Assembly (NCBI GenBank): GCA_029856435.1
Contig: JAHQXB010000026.1
Coordinates: forward strand, 1 to 31,092
DNA length: 31,092 nucleotides
Direction: 5' to 3'
From: Candidatus Jordarchaeia archaeon
GTDB lineage: Archaea; Asgardarchaeota; Jordiarchaeia; Jordiarchaeales; Jordiarchaeaceae
Shown here: piece after piece, positions 26,782-31,092 of the stretch
Position numbering within the stretch: position 1 is the stretch's first letter
Layout of the letters: every line of letters begins with the position of its first letter
Position numbers and translations under genes: made by a program
Notes under the pieces: generated by a model
The model's input: only the letters and a program-made list of their open reading frames with translations
What the model was told of the DNA's origin: nothing
The model's database searches: none

Positions 26782-29700
26782 TTAGGTCCTCTCCGCGAGC
26801 TTAAGGCGTGGAGCAATACCTAAAGCCATAAGCTCCTGTAATAAAAGTTTGAAAGCGTAGCTCATATTGACCTTAGCCACACGAGTGTCCTCGCCACAAA
26901 GTGGACAATAAAAACGGCCCTTGTTCTTGTCGTAGACTGCGAGCATACCACATTCTTCGCAAACAAGAGTGGTGGTCTTATCCGACTCCTCAACCAGCTT
27001 CTCCTTCAGAAGAAGGGCTGCCCCGTGGCCAATTAGGCAGTCTCGTTCCATTTCTCCAAATCTGAGCCCTCCTTCTCGGGCTCGTCCTTCTGTGGGTTGT
27101 CTTGTAAGTATTTGTACCGGTCCCCTTGCTCTTGCATGTATTTTATCTGCCACCATGTGATGTAATTTTTGGTAATAGACTACCCCTATAAATATGTCTG
27201 CTTCGTATTTTCTTCCCGTTATCCCATTGTACATCACTTCTCTGCCGTTGTATTTGTAGCCCCTTTGAATTAGCTCTTGGTATAGTTTTTTGACGGGTTC
27301 ACCGCTGAATGCGGTTCCATCGACTTTTCTTCCACCGAGTGCCCCTACTTTTCCGGCTATCGATTCTATTATTTGTCCAAGGGTCATTCTGGAGGGTATA
27401 GCATGAGGGTTGACTATAAGGTCTGGTACTATGCCTTCCTCTGTAAAGGGCATGTCTTCTTGGGGTACTATTAGCCCAATTATTCCCTTTTGTCCATGTC
27501 TTGTGGCGAATTTATCTCCGAGTTCTGGGATGCGTTGATCTCTGATTTTTACTTTGACTAGAGTGTTCCCATCTATAGTTTCAGTTATTGATACAGTGTC
27601 TACTATTCCTGTTTCTCCGTGGCGCATGCTGGTTGATGTTTCTCTTCGGATTTGGGTGGGCATTTCAAATCCTGCCTCTTCCTCTAGGAACCGGGGTGGA
27701 CTTGTTCTCCCAATTATTATTTCGCCGCCTTGGACTTCAACTTCGGGCTCGATTATGCCATCATCAGATAGGTGACGATAGGCTTCTGCGGCGCGGTATC
27801 CTCTAACGCTTTTGTCGGGTATTTCAAATTTATCTTCTTGTCCTCCAGGATATTTTCTCTCCTCAGCTTCATAGCTTCTGAAGAATGTGCTCCTCCCGAG
27901 TCCTCTCTCTATGGAGGCCTTGTTAATTATTATGGCATCTTCTATGTTGTACCCTTCATAGGATAGCACTGCTACTATAAAGTTTTGTCCCGCGGGTCTT
28001 TTATCGAATCCAGTAGGCATAGTGGCTTTAGTGTTTACTATGGGTACTTGTGGATAATGCAGTAGGTGGGCTCTCGTGTCTGCTCGCGTTCTGTAGTTCG
28101 CAGCATAGAGTCCTAGAGCTTGTTTAACCATCCCCGCCTCATAGGTATTTCTGGGGCTTTGGTTATGTTCAGGATAAGGAATTATGCTGGCAGAGATTCC
28201 TAATATTGAGCTTGGCGCAATCTCTAGGTGGGTAGTTTTCTCAGTTATATCTTTAGGATACATTGCAATGTGTGAATTCTCCTCTTCTTCTGCGTCTAAG
28301 AACTCTACGATACCTCTACGGATGAGGTCACTGAACTTCCATTCTTTGCTTCTGAGTTTTGCAATATGTTCAGAGGTAAGTTTCGGCACTCCGTTTTCCA
28401 CTATTATCAGGGGCCGTCGGACGCGACCAGCATCACAGTTAGCCTGTATCTCATTAGTGTCGGGATAGTAAGCAATATTAACTTCGTTGGTTATTTGGCC
28501 GCTTCTCCTTCTCTTCTTAACTTCTGCAAGAAAGGCTAATGGTTGTTGATGCACTCCTATTAGTCGACCGTTAAGGTAGACTTGAGCTCCCTTAACTCCC
28601 TTCATTCCCTCCAGTTCCTCTACAGGCTGAACGCCAAGATCTACGAAAATGCTTTCCACTTCCGCCTCATCTGCACCCACTGATATGTAGGCCAGTAGCG
28701 CCAAGTTTTTGACCAATCCACAGTTAGGCCCTTCTGGAGTTTCGTTTGGACATATTTTGCCCCAGTGGGTAGGGTGTAGGTCACGCGCTTCAAAGTGGGG
28801 TTGGCTTCTGCTTAGAGGTGAAACCACTCTCCGAAGGTGGCTTAATGCAGACATGTAGTTGGTTCTATCTAGGAGTTGGCTTACCCCTGCTTTTCCGCCG
28901 ACCCAGTTGCCGGTTGCAAGTGCATGGTGTAATCGATCTGTAATCACATCTGCACGAACCGCGGTCTTAATGTTTCTACGTCTGCCTCTAACAGCGTTTC
29001 TCTCCAACTGATATTTTATATCCCTACAGAGGCTGAGAAAGGCCACCCGGAATAAACTCATTAAAAGGTCTCCTGCGAGCTTCAACCTCTTGTTAGAATA
29101 GTGGTCTTTGTCATCCTCGCTTCTTCTACCAAGAGCCAACTCTATAATACGTGAGGCCATCTGGCCTAGGTAGAATGCTTTTCTTAATCGATCCTTAGGT
29201 GTGGTGCCGATGTGTGGGAGAAGATAACGGTCTAATACTTGTTCCGCTCTCTTCAAACGGTAGTCCCTAGTCTGGCCCACAGCCACACGTTTACCAATAA
29301 AGTCTAATGCATCATCACGAGAAATAATGGGAGCCGCCATCTCAATCGAGGGAATAAGCTCTCGAATTATCTCTTCATCGTCAGAAATAATGTCTACAAT
29401 CTGCTTATCGGTTTCCAGTCCAAGGGCGCGAATCAAAACAAATAGTGGAATCTTCCCCGGAACAGAGGGGAACGAAACCCTTAGAGAACCGTCACGCCGC
29501 CGCTCCATAGTCACAGGTGCTCTGAAACCCTGAGCTGTACTGAACACTTTAGCCACATGGGTAGACGAGCTACTCTTATTGGCCACCTCAATGAGAATAC
29601 GGTTAGGCGCCAGATCCTCCTGAGTAACCAGAACCCTTTCACTGCCATTAATAATAAAGTAGCCTCCCGGATCATCTGGATCTTCGCCTAGAGTGATGAG

Positions 29701-30123
29701 CTCCTCTCTACTTAACTGGGAAAGGGGACACTTTTCGGACTTGAGCATAATAGGAAGGCGACCAATATAAACCTCGGTTGTCGCATCCTCAGTCCCACCT
29801 CCCCTATCGTCGTTATAAACTATGGTCATTTCCAAATGTAAATTAGACGCGTAAGTCAAATTGCGGATTCTAGCCTCGTTGGGAAAAACAGGCATTGTGG
29901 AGCCGTCAGCCTCTTTTATGGTAGGCTTACCCACATCAATCTTACCCAGTTTAACGTAGTAGTTCTCACCCTCAGGCTCAATTTTGCCAACTTCATCCAC
30001 AATCTGCTGTAAGCCATGTTTAATGAACTCATTGTAAGAATCTAAATGTTGACGAACCAGACCATTCTCCTCAATAAAAGCCTCAATAACGCGCCAACCA
30101 TCAATCTGCTCAACATCAGACAT
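26782..30123 (-). CDS. rpoB: DNA-directed RNA polymerase subunit B (undivided)
   Basis: GYFIINGSERV, CPNETPEG, GDKFATRHGQKG, NPHAIPSRMT, YYQKLHHMVADK, GLRFGEMERD and C-terminal CEEC...CPLC zinc ribbon. Likely start ATG 30123. Confidence 0.99.
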   Translation of the reverse strand: MSDVEQIDGWRVIEAFIEENGLVRQHLDSYNEFIKHGLQQIVDEVGKIEPEGENYYVKLGKIDVGKPTIKEADGSTMPVFPNEARIRNLTYASNLHLEMTIVYNDDRGGGTEDATTEVYIGRLPIMLKSEKCPLSQLSREELITLGEDPDDPGGYFIINGSERVLVTQEDLAPNRILIEVANKSSSSTHVAKVFSTAQGFRAPVTMERRRDGSLRVSFPSVPGKIPLFVLIRALGLETDKQIVDIISDDEEIIRELIPSIEMAAPIISRDDALDFIGKRVAVGQTRDYRLKRAEQVLDRYLLPHIGTTPKDRLRKAFYLGQMASRIIELALGRRSEDDKDHYSNKRLKLAGDLLMSLFRVAFLSLCRDIKYQLERNAVRGRRRNIKTAVRADVITDRLHHALATGNWVGGKAGVSQLLDRTNYMSALSHLRRVVSPLSRSQPHFEARDLHPTHWGKICPNETPEGPNCGLVKNLALLAYISVGADEAEVESIFVDLGVQPVEELEGMKGVKGAQVYLNGRLIGVHQQPLAFLAEVKKRRRSGQITNEVNIAYYPDTNEIQANCDAGRVRRPLIIVENGVPKLTSEHIAKLRSKEWKFSDLIRRGIVEFLDAEEEENSHIAMYPKDITEKTTHLEIAPSSILGISASIIPYPEHNQSPRNTYEAGMVKQALGLYAANYRTRADTRAHLLHYPQVPIVNTKATMPTGFDKRPAGQNFIVAVLSYEGYNIEDAIIINKASIERGLGRSTFFRSYEAEERKYPGGQEDKFEIPDKSVRGYRAAEAYRHLSDDGIIEPEVEVQGGEIIIGRTSPPRFLEEEAGFEMPTQIRRETSTSMRHGETGIVDTVSITETIDGNTLVKVKIRDQRIPELGDKFATRHGQKGIIGLIVPQEDMPFTEEGIVPDLIVNPHAIPSRMTLGQIIESIAGKVGALGGRKVDGTAFSGEPVKKLYQELIQRGYKYNGREVMYNGITGRKYEADIFIGVVYYQKLHHMVADKIHARARGPVQILTRQPTEGRAREGGLRFGEMERDCLIGHGAALLLKEKLVEESDKTTTLVCEECGMLAVYDKNKGRFYCPLCGEDTRVAKVNMSYAFKLLLQELMALGIAPRLKLAERT

Positions 30124-30302
30124 AATAACCACTTCTCTCAAAAATAAAAACTACAAACAATAGATGAACCACATTCAAACAACCACGGAGACCAACGGAT
30201 AATACTAACAAACTTTTGAACGAAATACTTTATATTTTTATCCTATCTCCTCTCACCCAACACTATTTTAAGCCCCAAACCATCAGAATTATAGTGAGGT
30301 AG

Positions 30303-30468
30303 TGGCGGGCTGCGCGAGATTTGAATTCGCAAGCCCTGACAAAGGTCAAGAGCTACTCGCGACCACCTGGTTAAAAGCATCACCCTTCGGAGGAAAACCT
30401 GCGAAGTCAGGCGCTCTACCTAGCTTCTCGGCTAAACGTTTTCCGTCGCGCCTCTGAGCTAGCAGCCC
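30303..30468 (-). tRNA. tRNA-Lys(UUU) with three introns (15/16, 30/31, 53/54), CCA encoded
   Basis: Removing 30424-30453, 30379-30407 and 30326-30355 gives a 77-nt cloverleaf: GGGCTGC/GCAGCCC acceptor, CCTGG-CTTTTAA-CCAGG anticodon arm, GCGAG-TTCAAAT-CTCGC T arm. Each intron forms a strict or relaxed BHB motif. Confidence 0.93.
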
Positions 30469-30500
30469 GCACATTCAGAGCACAGTAAAATAATCTTTAG

Positions 30501-30518
30501 TAACTTATATTCTTTATC
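30501..30518 (-). promoter_or_regulatory. BRE/TATA promoter of tRNA-Lys
   Basis: The minus strand reads GATAAAGAATATAAGTTA about 35-45 nt upstream of G1. Confidence 0.55.
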
Positions 30519-30635
30519 CTTTTAATGTTCTAACACGTTATTTCTGAATTTCTGTTTCATTCTAGAACCATTGAAATGGGCCCCATTCTAAAAAATAATT
30601 TTTGTCAGATTTTTTTCTTGAGAAGAATTGAGTAT

Positions 30636-30771
30636 TGGCGCCCAAGCCGAGATTTGAATTCCCGCCCCAATACACGTATTGTTGAGGTCTCGGGTTCCCG
30701 CCATAAAACGACCCGTTTTATGTCCACGACGTGACAGGCCGCGATGATAGGCCGGGCTACACCACTTGGGC
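30636..30771 (-). tRNA. tRNA-Asp(GUC) with two introns (45/46, 53/54), CCA encoded
   Basis: Removing 30696-30723 and 30659-30688 gives a 78-nt cloverleaf: GCCCAAG/CTTGGGC acceptor, GCGGC-CTGTCAC-GTCGT anticodon arm, CCGAG-TTCAAAT-CTCGG T arm. BHB central helices are TCGT/GCGG and CCCG/CGGG. Confidence 0.93.
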
Positions 30772-30800
30772 GCTTGCGTAATTGACTAGTTTTAGTGTAA

Positions 30801-30815
30801 AAATATAAATTTTTC
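30801..30815 (-). promoter_or_regulatory. BRE/TATA promoter of tRNA-Asp
   Basis: The minus strand reads GAAAAATTTATATTT about 30-44 nt upstream of G1. Confidence 0.65.
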
Positions 30816-30824
30816 TATCGTATT

Positions 30825-31009
30825 GAATTTGTTAAAAAAATGTTGTTTCAGGGGTTCTGATTGGCTTTTCCACCAGATGTAAACGGGTGATTCTGTAAAT
30901 TCCACAGCAGAAATATACCATAAAGGAAGGCTTTGCACCACACACCCCACCAACCCTTGAAGACATCGCAACCAAACCGCGAAAAAGACTTATTTTTTTA
31001 AACAAGTTC
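30825..31009. mobile_element. MITE family B (185 bp), inverted relative to the 7047 copy
   Basis: Ends GAATTTGTTAAAAAA / TTTTTAAACAAGTTC. Perfect 9-bp TSD TATCGTATT (30816-30824, 31010-31018). About 90% identical to the reverse complement of 7047-7230 by manual alignment. Confidence 0.93.
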
Positions 31010-31092
31010 TATCGTATTGTCCTTGGCGATATTTTCGGGCTTGGAGTGGTTAGAGGAGTTCTGCGTAGAGGCTTCTTAAGCGGACAAAATGC

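Noticed and set aside
304-29533. Many antisense or overlapping ORFs in the track (e.g. 304-687, 2901-3311, 4448-4810, 15987-16712, 17055-17747, 19724-20281, 22334-22756)
   Set aside because: They lie opposite or out of frame to well-supported genes, have Ser/Phe-biased shadow compositions and show no motifs.

Overview
Archaeal genomic window. The lineage is TACK/Asgard-like by inference (undivided RpoB, L35Ae, GPN GTPase, multi-intron tRNAs) and cannot be resolved from sequence alone. The left third holds hypothetical proteins, acylphosphatase, a decayed ~2.1 kb IS256/ISH6-like element and several MITEs from three families with 9-bp target duplications. The middle holds an archaeal-type aromatic amino-acid pathway in two operons: aroD-aroE-aroK-aroA-aroC plus chorismate mutase-tyrA (+), and aspartate kinase-asd-ADH synthase-DHQ synthase II (-). 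Between them lie a PepSY-like protein, an unannotated 53-aa zinc finger, a 667-aa coiled-coil/winged-helix protein and a DUF123 GIY-YIG nuclease. The right end has rpl35ae, a GPN GTPase, a degenerate PIN protein, an Lrp regulator, a stand-alone rpoB, a three-intron tRNA-Lys(UUU) and a two-intron tRNA-Asp(GUC). The most unusual signals are (i) a 36-bp duplication enclosing a foreign 38-bp insert, resembling an off-target CRISPR spacer integration; (ii) a leader on the aspartate kinase operon with coupled aromatic-rich uORFs and direct repeats, a candidate attenuator; (iii) the multi-intron tRNAs; (iv) a hairpin MITE family with G-U-biased arms; and (v) rpoB outside its usual operon. All assignments are by eye; no database searches were run.
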